In this document: in pieces, positions 25,729 through 39,968 of the stretch
Numbering within the stretch: position 1 is the first letter of the stretch
Layout of the letters: every line of letters starts with the position of its first letter
The notes under the pieces: generated by a model
What the model saw: only the letters and a program-made list of their open reading frames with translations
Told to the model about the DNA's origin: nothing
Databases searched by the model: none
Source: Eledone cirrhosa
Lineage: Eukaryota
Direction of reading: 5' to 3'
Assembly (NCBI GenBank): GCA_964016885.1
Contig: OZ024745.1
Location: 102,920,001-102,984,000 of the forward strand
Length of the DNA: 64,000 bases
Made by a program: the position numbers and the translations under genes

Positions 25729-28700
25729 GCTGTAATCACGGTGTAATGTAACATACAAATATTTCTTCACTCTTCTCACCATTTTAATTCCTTAGTCCAT
25801 TCATCAATCTGTATCATTTCTCCCCGAATTAAATCTGCTTTTCTATTCGATAATTCTAACGTATTTTTCAAAACAAATCTTGTATTATTGTTTTATGCTT
25901 GTTAAATTATGCCCAAAATATGGGGATCTTATTTAAACCTTAACCTTCTCGTTAACTACCCAATATCCCTCCCACTCGCCCCCACCCACCACCATTATTA
26001 CGTGGGCCAATCATAAGTCAGCGGCCTATGCTATCGCTTACCTGGTTGCCTTTCGATATGATGGATGGACTACAGAATTCTGGAGAGTTTGAAAAGAAAA
26101 AATCTGGACACTCAGTGACAATGCCAAAGATAAAGACAAATTCACCTCATGGACGAGAATGCAAGGACTCCTCCTCTTTGTTTCGGCCGCGTATGGCTAA
26201 CATAACCCCATCTCCCCCACCCACCCCCCTGCGCCCCACCGCTCCCACCCTCCAAACTCAATCCAAAACTTCAGAGTTGGTACCATGAATGTAGGCACCT
26301 TAAAGGGTCGCTCTAATGAGGTTGTAGAAATGCTTGACCGTAAGGAGGTCGATGTTTCTTGTATTCAAGAGACCAGGTGCAGGGGTGGGTCTGCTAGATT
26401 CATTGTGGGTAAAGAACGATGCTATAAGCTTTTCTGGATGGGAAATGACAATGGGCTGGGTGGGGTAGGAATCATGGTAGCAGAAAAGTGGGCAGATAAG
26501 ATAATAGACGTAAATAGAGTGAACAACAGAATAATTAAAATAAGACTTGTCCTCAATGGAACTACTGTGACAGTAATATCTGCGTGCGCACCCCAATCCG
26601 GACTGCCCGGCACTATAAAAGACAGATTCTATGAGATACTGATGCTCACTACCTCCCAAATAACCGACAGTGACTATATAATTATTGCTGGTGACCTAAA
26701 TGGTCACGTTGGACAACATTGTGACGGCTATGACGAAATCCATAGAGGCTATGGGTTTGGTACTAGAAATGAGGAAGGCTCCAGAATCCTGGAATTTTGT
26801 GACGCAAATAACCTAACTATCTGTAACACTAACTTCAAAAAATGAGACAATCACTTGATCACCTATAGATCGGGGGAACACACAAGCCAGGTAGATTATA
26901 TCCTTACCAGGAGACGTGACAGAGTGTCTGTTGTAAACACTAAATCCCTCCCCCATGAAGAATGCACCTCTCAACATAGACTCATAATTAGTGACCTCAT
27001 AGTCAGGACGAGACGTACTCGACAACAGAAGAGGACTATCCTCAGGAGAAAAATATGGAAGTTAAAGGACCCTGCAGCCAGTAATAAATTTAAAAGCATA
27101 TTACTTGATACTTTTGATAGTAAGGAAGAGCAATTATAGTCGTACAATATAGAGGAACAGTGGGAATTCCTGAAAGCTAACCTGCTGAAGGCGACAGATG
27201 AAACCTGTGGCTGGAGCAAACCTATAGGCAGGAGGAGAGTAACTTGGTGGTGGAACAGTAAGGTGGAGAGGTCAATCAAGGCCAAAAAGCAGGCTTGGAA
27301 AGCATGGCGGGATGGGGGAAGTAGAGAAGACTATCAAGTGGCCAGGAGGGAAGCTAGGAGACAAGTGTACTTCGCAAGAAGGGAAGCAAAGGAAAGAAAG
27401 TTCAAGCATGTTCTACAACGCGAGGACCAAAAACGTGTCAAGGAAATGTGTCAAGGAAAACAGTGATATTGTCGGGGAGAAGTGTGTCCTTAATGATGAA
27501 GGTGTACTTGCCATCACTGGCGCTGATAAGAAGGTAGCAGTGCAAGTTGAAGGTAGTATAATAAGTAAGGCGATCAAAGACATGAAGACGGGCAAGGCGG
27601 CCGGGCCTTCGGAAATAGTTGCCGAAATGCTGAAAGCATCTGGAACGGTGGGTCACACTATGGTCACCCGGATAGTAAACCAAGTCATACAGAATGAGGT
27701 CGTTCCGAAGGACTGGCGCAGCAGCATCATCATTAACTGCTACAAGGGTAAAGGTGATGCCCTAGATAGGGGAAACTATAGAGGCATTAAATTAATTGAC
27801 CAGGTCATGAAGGTCACAGAAAAAGTAATAGCACAACTAATCAGAGAGCGAATTGATCTAGATGAAATGCAGTTCGGGTTTGTGTCAGGTAAAAGTACAA
27901 CAGACGCTCTTTTCATTGTACGACAACTACAGGAGAATTACCTAGCTAAAAGTAAACCCCTATACTTAGCTTTTGTTGACTTGGAGAAAGCCTTTGACAG
28001 AGTACCCCGCTTGATTATCTGGTGGGCCCTTAGAAAACTAGGTGTTGATGAATGGCTTGTGAGAGCTATACAAACCATGTGTAAAGAAACAGTCAGCAAG
28101 GTTAGAATTAACAACGAATATAGTGAAGAGTTTAGCGTAAAAGTTGGTGTTCATCAGGGCTCCGCCCTTAGCCCCCTACTATTTATTATTGCCCTTCAGG
28201 CTATAACAGAGGAGTTCAAGACCGGCTGCCCATGGGAACTCCTATATGCAGATGATCTAACGCTCAAAGCTGAATCAATGGCTGAACTAGAGAAGAAATT
28301 CCAAACATGGAAGCATAGCCTAGAATCAAAAGGCGTTAAAGTTAACTTGTCTAAGACTAAAGTTCTAGTTTGTAGGAAGGAAAATAGGGCACTGGTCCCA
28401 TCTGGGAAATGGCCATGCTAAGTGTGTAGGAAAGGAGTAGGCAGAAACTTCATTTTATGTCCCAAATGCAAAGTATGGGTACATAAAAGATGTAGTGGGA
28501 TCACACGTAAGCTAACTAAGAATATAGATTTTATATGTGGCCGGTGCTCTGGTGCAATAAGTAGCAGCAAGTGCCCACAGAATACTAACTCATTCCATTG
28601 CACAGATGGTTCTATAGAAATAGTGGACAGCTTCCGTTACCTGGGTGACAAAATCAGCAGTGGGGGAGGGTGCTCTGAAAGTACAGTAGCTAGAGTCAGA

Positions 28701-29720
28701 ACGGGATGGAAAAGGTTCAGAGAGCTTATACCACTATTGGCCGCTAAAGGGTTCTCTCTAAAAATGAAAGGCAGGCTGTATGATGCCTACATACGAACAG
28801 CAATGTTACATGGCAGTGAGACCTGGGCATTGTGTGCAGAGGATATACGCAGACTGGAGAGAAACGAAGCATGCATGCTCCGCTGGATGTATAATAGTAA
28901 TATACGTGAACGGCAAAGCATAAACGAACTAAGGGAGAAATTAGGAATAAGAGGGATCAGATGTTGTTTACTCGAGAGAAGACCTCGTTGGTACGGTCAC
29001 GTGATGTGCATGAAAGACGACAGCTGTATAAAAAAGTGCAGGGCGATAAAAATAGACGGTAGCCACGGAGTAGGCAGACCCAGAAAATCCTGGGACGACT
29101 TGATAAATTCCGACCTCACACACTTACACCTCTCCAAGACAATGTCACTGAACCGAGAGCTTTGGCGCTACACAGCTATACAGAAGACCCACCTTGCCTA
29201 AGTACAAAGCGAAACCTACAGTCAGTAGGCACCTCTAACGAAATACACCCCCGTCACACTACCCCCACTCCATCCACACCACCCCCTTAAATGTGAAATT
29301 ATGTTGGTACCACAACATCCAGGCCGAAACAAATGAGGTCGTGTAGGTATCACGACAAAAAAAAACATACAGTCCACGCTGTAATGTGGCCATGTAGGTA
29401 ACACGGTAAAAATCTCCCAGTACACACTGTAAACATGGTTGGTGTTGGGAAGGGCATCCAGCCATAGAAAACCCGCCAGACGTGTAGGTTTCACGACAAA
29501 AAAACACACAGTCCATGCTGTAATGTGGTCATGTAGGTAACACAGTAAAAACCTCCCAGTCCACACTGTAAACGTGGTTGGTGTTAGGAAGGGCATCCAG
29601 CCGTAGAAAACCATCCAGACAGCCCTATACGAGCAGGACAACCAATCTTGTCTCAGGTGGGAAAACTCCCGTCCAAACCCATACAAGCGTGGAAGATGGA
29701 CGTTAAACGATGATGATGAT
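25729..29720 (+). mobile_element. RTE-clade LINE, near full length, inactivated
   Basis: APE endonuclease, RT, Cys/His finger and a 3' UTR ending in (GAT)n. Flanked by the identical 28-mer ACATATTTATTTATAAATATATATATAT (25701-25728, 29721-29748). The 5' boundary is inferred from that repeat. Confidence 0.88.
26285..29201 (+). pseudogene. RTE ORF pseudogene (endonuclease - reverse transcriptase - PHD-like finger)
   Basis: NVGTL, CIQET, GDLNGHVG and SQVDY..QH (APE); NYRGI, QFGF, FVDLEKAFD, GVHQGSALSPLLF and LYADD (RT). Broken by stops (26843, 27137, 28419), a frameshift near 27430 and an apparent deletion near 27540. Confidence 0.93.
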
Positions 29721-30068
29721 ACATATTTATTTATAAATATATATATATATTTATTTATTTATAAATGTGTATATAATATAATTATATAATAAATATATAT
29801 ATATTTAGTTATCTATAAATATGTATATAATATAATTATATAATAAATATATATATTATTATTATTAGGTGAATTGGCAGTATTGGTAGAGGGTCGGACA
29901 CCATGCTTTCCAGCATAGTTACGTCCCTTTACAGTCTGAGTTCAAATACCACCGAGGTTAACTTTGCCTTTCACCCTTACGGGGGTCGATAAAATAAAGT
30001 ACCAGTAATGTACTGGGTAATTGCTGGCCTTGTGCCTAAAGTAGAAACAATTATTATTATTACTCTCC

Positions 30069-30102
<34 letters not shown>

Positions 30103-31609
30103 CATAATCATTTAATGTCTATTTTTCCTCACTTACATGGGTTAGATGGGTTGTCACATTATAAGACAAGCCAGATCAAGTGACCACGTCTTGCTCATAC
30201 AGATCTGTATTTTAGCTTGGGTTTCATTGCTGTCCTTCATAACACTAACCACATTACAGTTTGGTCTGGGTGCTTTTTCATTGTCTTACCAGCACAACCA
30301 CCTTTCAGTATGGACTGGGTACTTTATGTCATGTCACCGGCATGACTCTCTTACAGGGTGGACTGGGCACTTTTTCTCATGTCACCAACATGACCACATT
30401 ACAGGAGGGACTTGGTGCTTTTGTTGTGGCACCAGATCATCGAACAAGGTGATTTTTTTTTATTGGTCATGGTAGCAGTATTGAGGGAGGTCAGATGTGG
30501 AGCATGTCCAGCTTTCAGGTTTTATGCATGGGTTAGGCAGGAGAGATATATCAGGGGTGAAGAGTAAGAATTTCAAAGGGTAGAACAAGTAGGTAAATTT
30601 GACATTGATAAGGTGCATGGGATATTTACCTGGCAAGAGTGAATGAGGGAGAGTTAAAGAGAAGATTGGTGCAGACTAATGTCTTCTACCTGATTATTTC
30701 ATTTTGTGCATATGGGAAGGCAGGTCTTCTGCAATACAACATAATGCCAGTGATCTCGATCCTGTGTCATCTCCTTTGAGAAGTTTAATTGGGCAAGGTC
30801 AGCTTTTATCACTTCATCCCAACCTTTCTTTGAATTTTGAATTGTTTCTTTCGACTTTGAATTGTTGTTCTAGAAAATGTTTGTTGAAACATAAGAAGAT
30901 TATAAGTTTGTTTAAAAGTAGTTTGGTGTTGATCTGATAGTATGACAACAAAACTACAATAATAGGTATTTGTTATTATGTACTTTTAAAAGTAGTTTTG
31001 ATATGCAAGAATATGAGAAAAAAGATTATTTTGGAGTTACATCGACAGTATTTTTTTGTAGGATATGAGCAGCACCCATGAATACTATTTTCTATCATCA
31101 TCATCACTTGATGAGTTTTATATGTACCTGTATATTCCCACCACCCCCACATAAATATATATAAATGGTTGGTTACATGCTTTGACCTGTTTATCTCATG
31201 CAGTTGGGAGTCGGGGTGCCTATTAGCTAGATAAGATAATGAATCTTGCTAAAATGTTTTATGGCATTCTATCAAATGTGTGGGTGGGTATGAAGGAGGG
31301 CAATCAAAGGAGACCTCTCTAGATGATTCTAGGGGAAAACATCAAAGGAGAGAAAGTCAATAGTAAAATGATGGAATTGAGGCGGAACTGAAGTTTGGTT
31401 CAGAATTGAAGACAGATGAGGGATAGAAGAAACATGGATGGGTGTTTGGTGAACTTGAGCAAACTAACAGGCTACTTACTTGTGATGGACTTGTAGTTGG
31501 GTAAAATTATTGAATCAAATTATATTTGCTTATACATGTGTGTATGTTTACACAGACACATATACAACATGCACTCTCTCACACACATAAACTCACTCAT
31601 ATATATATA

Positions 31610-32000
31610 TATCATCATTATCATCATTTTGCGTCCGCTTTTCCCTGCTTGCAAGGGTGGGACGGGAACTGATTCTGGGTTGATTTCTACAGCTGGATGC
31701 CCTTCCTAACACCAACCTCATTTACAGTGAGTGCTGGGTGCTTTTTTTCCATGGCGCCTACACGTCCACTTCACAGTGTGGGCTGGGTGCTTTTTTGGTG
31801 TGGCACCTCCACGAACACTTTGCAGTGGAATGATAGGGACCGCAGTCCCTATCATCTCATTTCTACAGCTGAGTAAACTGGAGCAATGTGAAATAAAGCG
31901 TCTTGCTCAAGGACACAGCACATCACTCGGTCTGAGAATTGAACTCACAACCTTTCGATTGCAAGCCCAATGCTCTAACTACTAAGCCATGTACCTCCAT
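31610..32000 (-). mobile_element. SINE family 1 (variant with internal duplication)
   Basis: Matches the family consensus with an extra ...CACAGTGTGGGCTGGGTGCTTTTT unit. Confidence 0.85.
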
Positions 32001-32405
32001 ATATATATATATATATATGTATGTATATATATATGAATGTATATATATATATATAAATGAGGTTGGTGTTAGGAAGGGCATCCAGCTGTAGAAATCAAGC
32101 CAGAATCAATTCCCGTCCCACCCTTGCAAGCAGGAAAAAGCGGACGTAAAATGAAATGATGATGAAATGATATATATATATAAATAAAGACTTACATATA
32201 CATAAAGATTTACATATACATAAAGATTTACATGTACATAAAGTCACATTAGATAAAATATATAAATATTATTTATCAAATATTTCTTCATAGGAGCCTT
32301 TATTCTTATAGCCTGGTCTAATTGATTTTTTATATGGTTAATTATGCTAATTGGGAGAGGAAATAGTATATATATTTTATCTAATGATTCTAAGGACATG
32401 ATTTA

Positions 32406-32441
<36 letters not shown>

Positions 32442-33425
32442 CACTGTAAAGTGGTCGTGTAGGTGTCACAACAAAAAGCACCCAGTACTCACTGTAAATG
32501 TGGTTGGCGCTAGGAAGGGCATCCAGCTCTAGAGTATAAGCCAAAATCAGTTCTGTATGAAAAAGACATTGTCACCTGACCTTTCCTATTTCACAACAGG
32601 ACAACTCATCTAACCCATGCTATCATGGAAAAATGGATGTTAAATGGTGGTGATGATGATGTTATATATACTTGTGTGAGTGTTTATTGTAAGAAAATAT
32701 AGGCACACACACTTCTAAAGTTCTCATGTTTATTTCTTTATATATTTGTTTGTTACACTGAATGTCATTACAGATTTTATATCAATTTCATGAGAATTGT
32801 TGATGACGATGTCATCAAGTGTTTCCCTGAGTTTATGAACACTTAAGAAAAGTTTCCATTGTATATGTGAGTGTATGTATGAGTTTATGTGTGTTTGTGT
32901 GTGTGACTTGTAGTATTTCTAGCTACACAAGCTATATCTGGAATGTACTTAAAGCTGTACATGTTTCTCCCATCACTTAAGTTCATACATATGTCTGCTA
33001 TGATTATTTAATGACTTCTCATATAAAAATACAGATCCCTATAAGCAAGGTATGATCACCTGACCTGACTTGTTTTATAACATGACAACCTGTCTATCCT
33101 ATGCAAGCATGTATGTTAAATGATAATGATGATATATATCTAGAGCAGGATGACACAAAAGAACTAGGATGGAAGCTACCAACTAAAATATAAAAGTTAA
33201 GAAAAGAGTAAAGAAGAACTGGAAAAATGTTAAAAACAAAGGCAGGTGTTTGACAAAACACACGCACATTCACACACACTCACACATACACATATATATA
33301 TATTTGAATTTCGTATTTCTAAAGGAATACGGTATGTTTATAAATAAATATTTAGAAAGCCATAGCTATGCAAAAATACTGGCAACTAACGCCACCTAGC
33401 GGTGTCCAGCAGAAGCAAGGGGGAC

Positions 33426-33471
33426 AATCATTGATGCATTTCAAACTCAACTGGTTCTCGTCAGGACGATC
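33426..33471 (-). ncRNA. Decayed minimal hammerhead motif
   Basis: Minus strand: gatcgtc CTGACGA gaac-cagttga-gttt GAAA tgcATC aatgatt. Consistent with transition decay of a GAAACGCGTC-type Penelope HHR. Confidence 0.6.
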
Positions 33472-34059
33472 CCTCCCGCTCTTGCCACTGCTGGTCTTTG
33501 GAAACAGGTGAAAATATATAGTTTTTTCGTCTGTGTAAATGAGGTGATTAATCTCATTTGCATATGAAGCTGTATAAGTTGACTAAACTTATAATAGAAT
33601 AAAATTAGAATTTAGTTTCGAACATATGCTAAGTTCTTCCTGCTATTTCAAATGTCAAACTAATATATTCCTTTCATACACTGTTCCAATTGTGTTGTTA
33701 TTTCTGTTTACCTTTTATATATATATATATATATATATAATTAATGTATAGAATGCTGTGCTATAAAATAGCTCACAAAATAGGGTTAAGACTCTTAAAA
33801 GACATTGCCATCGGCCGCTATGAGGAATTGAACTTCATATCTCCCAGATACCAGCCAATGACAACTTCTTTTTCTGTCTTTTAAGAGTATTCGCCCTATT
33901 TTGTGAGCTATTTTATAACATTTCTACACATGCGCACATCATCCTTTATATTAATTCTATATTCTTCCAAGTCCAAGAGATCGGCTACGTTTATGGTGGG
34001 GCCGATAACTTTGTTAGAACTCAATACAGCCTTCAAGAGATAGTTTCAATGAGATTATG

Positions 34060-34660
34060 CAGTGAGAGCTACAGTTTTTGTAGTAGGCTTTCACCGTGCT
34101 GAAGACCAGCGCAGATTAGAAAGAAATGAAGCATGCAGGGAGACTAAGCATAAGAGGTATCAAATTGGTATGGACATGTGATTCATATAAAAGACAACAG
34201 CTGTATAAAAAAGTGCAAGGAAATGAAAATTGATGGAAGCTGCGGACTGGGTAGACCAAGATAAACCTGGGACGAGGTGATAAAAACTGACCTTGCCTAC
34301 CTACACCACTCTAAGACAATGACACTGGATCGAGACCTTTGTCGCCATGCAGTTGTACAGAAGACCCGACTACCATTGCATACAAACCAACAGTCAGTAG
34401 GCACTTCTTAACTCAATGTACACCTCACCACCACATCCTACCCCACCCTCCCTCTCCCGTTCTGTCCACTGTGTCGATGACACAACAGTCCACGCTGTAA
34501 TGTGGCCGTGTAGGAGACACGGTGAAAAGGCTCCCAGTCCACACTGTAAATGTGGTTGGTGTTAGGAAGGGCATCCAGCCGTAAAAAATCTGCCAGAGAC
34601 GCTTCTGTGCGAGCGAGACATGGTCTCCCGACTATTCCCGCATCAAATGGGACAAAACCG
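34060..34660 (+). mobile_element. 5'-truncated RTE fragment
   Basis: Similar to 28850-29670 (RLERNEAC..KKC..KIDGS..GRP, then the 3' UTR). Confidence 0.8.
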
Positions 34661-35617
34661 TCTAGGTAGTGTTTATGTCACCACTTATTTCTAGTCTTGA
34701 TATTCTTAATCCATCTCACTGTCTTCTCCAGTGGAATACATATATATTTTTATAGACACTGGTACAGTCTTGGTAACACACTCTGCATTTATACAGACAT
34801 AACTTTATCATACACTTGGGTTCCTAGTGCACCTCTTACTCTATATCTTTATTACCAACACAAGTGTTAATTATATGCAAATTAGTATGTCCATTCTAGA
34901 ATAATACTAAGAGCAATACACAAACCTCACACACAGAAGCAATAATTGTTTCTACTTTAGGCACAAGGCCAGCAATTACCCAGTGCATTACTGGTACTTT
35001 ATTTTATCGACCCCGTAAGGATGAAAGGCAAAGTCAACCTCGGCGGGATTTGAACTCAGATCGTAAAGGGACATAACTATGCTGGAAAGCATGGCGTCCG
35101 ACCCTCTACCGATACTCAGAAGCAATAATGCTCACACATAACAATACCCATTACACACCTAGACTCTCCACCTCAGCCCCAACTCCCGAATGCCAGACAC
35201 CTCACCTACCACCTCCAGCTTTCTTAAAACCATTTTTTTTTTTCCAAATTCCGATGTTCCAACCATTTCCCTCTATCTCTGAACTCTCCATTTCTTGAAG
35301 AAGGACTTATGTCCGCAACATCAAACCCTCTTCCACTTCCTCCTAATCATGATACTAATAAGAGTTTGTGTTTTTGCATCTTTGTGTTTGTCTTGTCATT
35401 TCTTGAACTATATATATATATGTGTGTGTGAGCAAAACACAGTCCTCTGACTTAGTTGTCTTCCAATGGGACAGCATGTCCCACCCATGCTATTGTGGAA
35501 AAATAGATGTTAAACGATGATGATGATTCACATATATATGGTGAAATGTGTTGCAGTCTTGACAATCCCTTCTTTTTGTAGATGAAGAACTAGATTATTG
35601 TCCAGTATATTCTTTAA

Positions 35618-35824
35618 CCCTTTAGTGTTCAAACCGGCCAAAAACCGGCCAGAATTCTCTACCTCCTTCTGTTGAAACTGGCTGTAACTGGTCGCTCAAA
35701 CTGATATTAAGGTATTGTTCTCAAAATAAATACTTTCAAAATCTCATAGATTCGATGTGAGATAATTATGTGAGGTAAAGCCTTTACCATGAAAACATAA
35801 TAGAGTAATGTGAATGCTAAAGAG
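35618..35824. mobile_element. piggyBac-type MITE
   Basis: TTAA-flanked; TIR and body match 23935-24149. Confidence 0.85.
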
Positions 35825-37526
35825 TTAAGATGGCAGAGTGGGATTTGAGAGAGATTTTGTCATTATTTCCAGCAGGTCAGGAGAACATTTAGAAGTTCAG
35901 TTGTGAACTTATATACAGTGAAGGGTGGGGAATATTGTTAGGTAACTATAAACCAAGAGACCAGCTGTCTGCCAGGAAACAGCTTTTTCTGTCTCCTTTA
36001 CAATTTCTGTGAGATAATTATTGCAAGAGTGGGTGTGAGTTTAAGAGTGGATGTGACAAATGGTGAAAGGATGAGCTGACAGTGTTTTGGTTACATATAC
36101 AGATATACCTCCAAACATGAGGTCAATAGTTTGGTAAAAAATTATATTATTGTTTCTACTTTGTGGCACAAGGCCAGCAATTACCCTCAGTACATTACTG
36201 GTGCTTTATTTTATCGACGCCGTTAGAATGAAAGGCAAAGTTAACCTCGGCGGGATTTGAACTCAGAACGTAAAGGGCCATAACTCTATGCTGCAAAGCA
36301 TGGTTTCTGACGCTCTACTGATACTGCCAATCCACCGCCATTATAATATTATTAACAACTCATCTTGATACATTTAGCTATTTAATTATGTTATGTTATC
36401 AGCACAACAGAAAAAATATTCTATATTTTCAAATCATATATACATCACATGACAATCTTTCTTATTTTCTTCTTCTGTGCCATTCCTCTTTTCTTTTTTC
36501 TTGTCTATTAAACAATCATCCAACTATGAACTTCATCTTTTGTATTTCCATGACATTTATTCTCTCTCTTTGACTTTCATTCATTAAATTCCTTATTAAC
36601 AACTTTCTTCTCCACACCTGCCACACTCTTTTCTGTCCTTCTTTCCCCCTTATTTTTCTATAATTTTTTTCTTTAACATAAAATAAAATAAAATAAAATT
36701 AAAAAAAAATCTTCTTTCACACATTTTTGTATCTACATTGAAATAATAAGAACTTTTCAAGTTGGCAAAACCTGTATTAACACTTATTTCTTACACAAGT
36801 TTCATACATTAATGGTTGTGGGAAATAGGAGCTATGACATTTATTGTTCACAGTAACATTATTTATTAACTGATCAATGTAGTGAATACACACCTCAAAA
36901 CAATAGAATTGAGATAGAGAATGAATGAACTGGGATGAGATATGTGAAAGAATCTTATACTTCAAGTAATATCTGTGTTAATTGAATTTGGTCGTAGTGC
37001 ATAGTATATTTTTAAATAAGTTAATCAGAATAGGGAAAACAATGACCATGACCTTCAGTGATTCTCCCTGGCTGGTGAGATTCTTGCAGCTAATACCCAG
37101 TCCAGAACATCTGCATGTCAGTGTCTGCAGGAGGAAACCATGGTTCTGGCCAAAATTGTAAAGATCCATACAATATGTACTTTTACATATGGTTATTAGC
37201 TTTTTTGGCAGTATCGGTAGAGGGTCGGACGCCATACTTTCCAGCATAGTTACATCCCTTTACGATCTGAGTTCAAATCCCGCCGAGGTTGACTTTGCCT
37301 TTCATCCTTACGGGGTCGATAAAATAAAGGACCAGTAATGCACTGGGTTATTGCTAGCCTTGTGCCTAAAGTAGAAACAGTTATTAGTTTATTATACAGA
37401 TGAAGGAAAAATCATACTTAAATAGGAGGTTAGCTTAATGGAAGTAACTCTCTCAAAAAGTGTTGTACTTAATTTTCACCAATTATATGAACTAAGATAT
37501 GTAGAATTATTTTGCTTGAGATTTAA

Positions 37527-37716
37527 CCCTATATTTACTACTGTATTTTCACCGTAAACACTTTATCTCACCATAATATCGAATCTATGAGATTTTGATA
37601 TTATTTATTTTGAGAATAATACCTTCACATCAGTATGAATGGCCACCTACTACTGGTTTAAACAGAAAGAGGTGAGAGAATTCTGGCCGGATATCATCAG
37701 TTTAAATGCTAAAGGG
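37527..37716. mobile_element. piggyBac-type MITE (opposite orientation)
   Basis: TTAA|CCCT...TAAATGCTAAAGGG|TTAA. Confidence 0.8.
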
Positions 37717-38493
37717 TTAACAATGAATATGCAGCTGATTAAAAATTCATTGTCCATATCTAACTCACAGATAGCCACACTTAACTTTGTTGTGGAAATT
37801 AATGAAATGAACAGATTTGCTGATAATCTATTTGATCAATTACAATGAAGTATGTATTCATTTCTTTTTATGGGGAGATTGAATAAATGATTAATTCTTA
37901 TTACAAACCTCCTAGTCTACATCCAAAAGTATGCCAACTAGCTGATTGAGAATGATTCACTCACCAAGAAGCTCTAACCACTAGCTCATTCACATATGCT
38001 GTTTCTTCTTTCTATCCCTTCCAGTAATACTACAATGGGTTCTACTTCTCTGAATTAGCTAGTTGCATATTTTTACTTGTAGTTAATTGTTGGTAAATTG
38101 GATCCACAATGTAGTCCTAGAGTCTATTATGTGGCTATATATGTTTTAATATAACATATTTTCATTTAAATAATAATAATAATAATAATGAAATTATTGT
38201 GTAAAGTGCTCAGGTGCACTACAACTCGTCAATATAGTACATAGAATAATACACAAATGTCAGGGAAATACATTTCTCTGTCTCACCATCATTATAAATC
38301 TGTTTTCCCTTGGATTATCACCATAGCTGGGTCTTGGTTGCTATTAGAAGAGACCACTCTGTTGCAAGCATTTAGACCTTTAGACCTGGTCTCTGGTTTG
38401 TGTATATGTCTCTCCCTCTTTTCCATTAAGCTCAGAGGTCCCTAAAAAAAAACAAAAAAGTTCCTAAAAAACTGCTCTTATGACTACTCCTCT

Positions 38494-38531
<38 letters not shown>

Positions 38532-38533
38532 CT

Positions 38534-38610
<77 letters not shown>

Positions 38611-39968
38611 ATAACTATATATCATCCATTCTATGTTCAGGATGTCGAAGAAATTTCAATGTGATTATTTGATCTGTTTGAAGTAGCAACCAAAATCTCT
38701 TTTATATCATACCCTACTGTCTTTAAATGAGGTTCATTGGGTAATGTATCCTTAGATATACTAAATGTGAATAAAACATGGAATGGCCCAGCCTGAAACA
38801 GCTTTGATCAATTTTAGGTTGATTTGGGTTGACCAGGGGCTCAAAAATACCAACATGTTTATAAATGCCTTAATGGGGTTATAAGCAAAATTTTCTCACG
38901 AGACAAATAAATATAAAGAAACTTAAACAAATAGCGAGAGTGTCTATCTGGTTGCTCAACCTGCTAGAAATAGCTACCAAAACTCCCTCAATCCACACCA
39001 CACCTTCTTAAAAACAGGAATAGTGTTTAATCCTTGGTATACCATGTCTGAATAAAAGGCTTAACACTTTTGATCAGGTATGGATAGTTGTGTAGTTGAG
39101 AAGTTTGTCTCACAAACATATAGTTTGAGGTTTGATTCTACTGTGCAACGCTTTGGCAAAGTGTCTTTTACCTTAGTCTTGTGAGTAATATTAGGTGGAA
39201 GAAAATTGTGCAAAAACTTTTTTTTTTCTGGTGTTGGATGGCACCACTATACGAAGAGGCCAGTTGGAGCCCAGTATAGGATGGCACCGATATGAGGAGC
39301 TTAACCTAACTCACAGCATAACCATAGTTTTGTGACATCAGATGGCGCCACCATGAGGAGGTACAACAACCATGCCAATCTTACCATGCAGTGTAACCAT
39401 AGTTGAGGGGCCCAATACTGGATGATGCTGCTATGAGGAAGGGTAGGTGTGGGACCGCTGTATCGGTCCCTAGCCCCACAGCAGGAACACACACAATCTC
39501 ACTTGAGCATTCCTACATTGATGGTTGCCACTCTGAAGTCACGGATGGGGCATACAGCTTTCCTGGTGGTGGGTGATATCTTTGTGCCGGTTATTTTTGC
39601 CCAGTTTGGCGTTTGCCTTGTGACCTTGTTCATTATTGATATTACTTGCTGGTCAATGGTATTTGCATGTGTTAGTGGTTGCTAAATTAGCAATAGGGTT
39701 CTTTTGGGGGGAGGGGGTTATTGGGATTAGAAAATGGTTGCCTCCATGGGTGTGAAGGTGTGTGCATAATGTCGTTAGGTTTATATGGTGTCTCGTTTTT
39801 TATTGGACTTTGTTACGGTGGAGCATCAAGGAGGGCAGGTGGGAAAAATGTCTATGATAACCAAGACACTTTTTGGGGTTAAAGACTACATGTTATGATT
39901 AAAATATTCTAAATAACTATTTACTTAAGCAATATGACAAAATAAACATACAAAAATAATTCATCAGC

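Noticed and set aside
39230-39850. GC-richer segment as a possible exon (likewise 49560-50090)
   Set aside because: No recognisable domain or convincing splice sites; probably old transposon sequence that I cannot classify.
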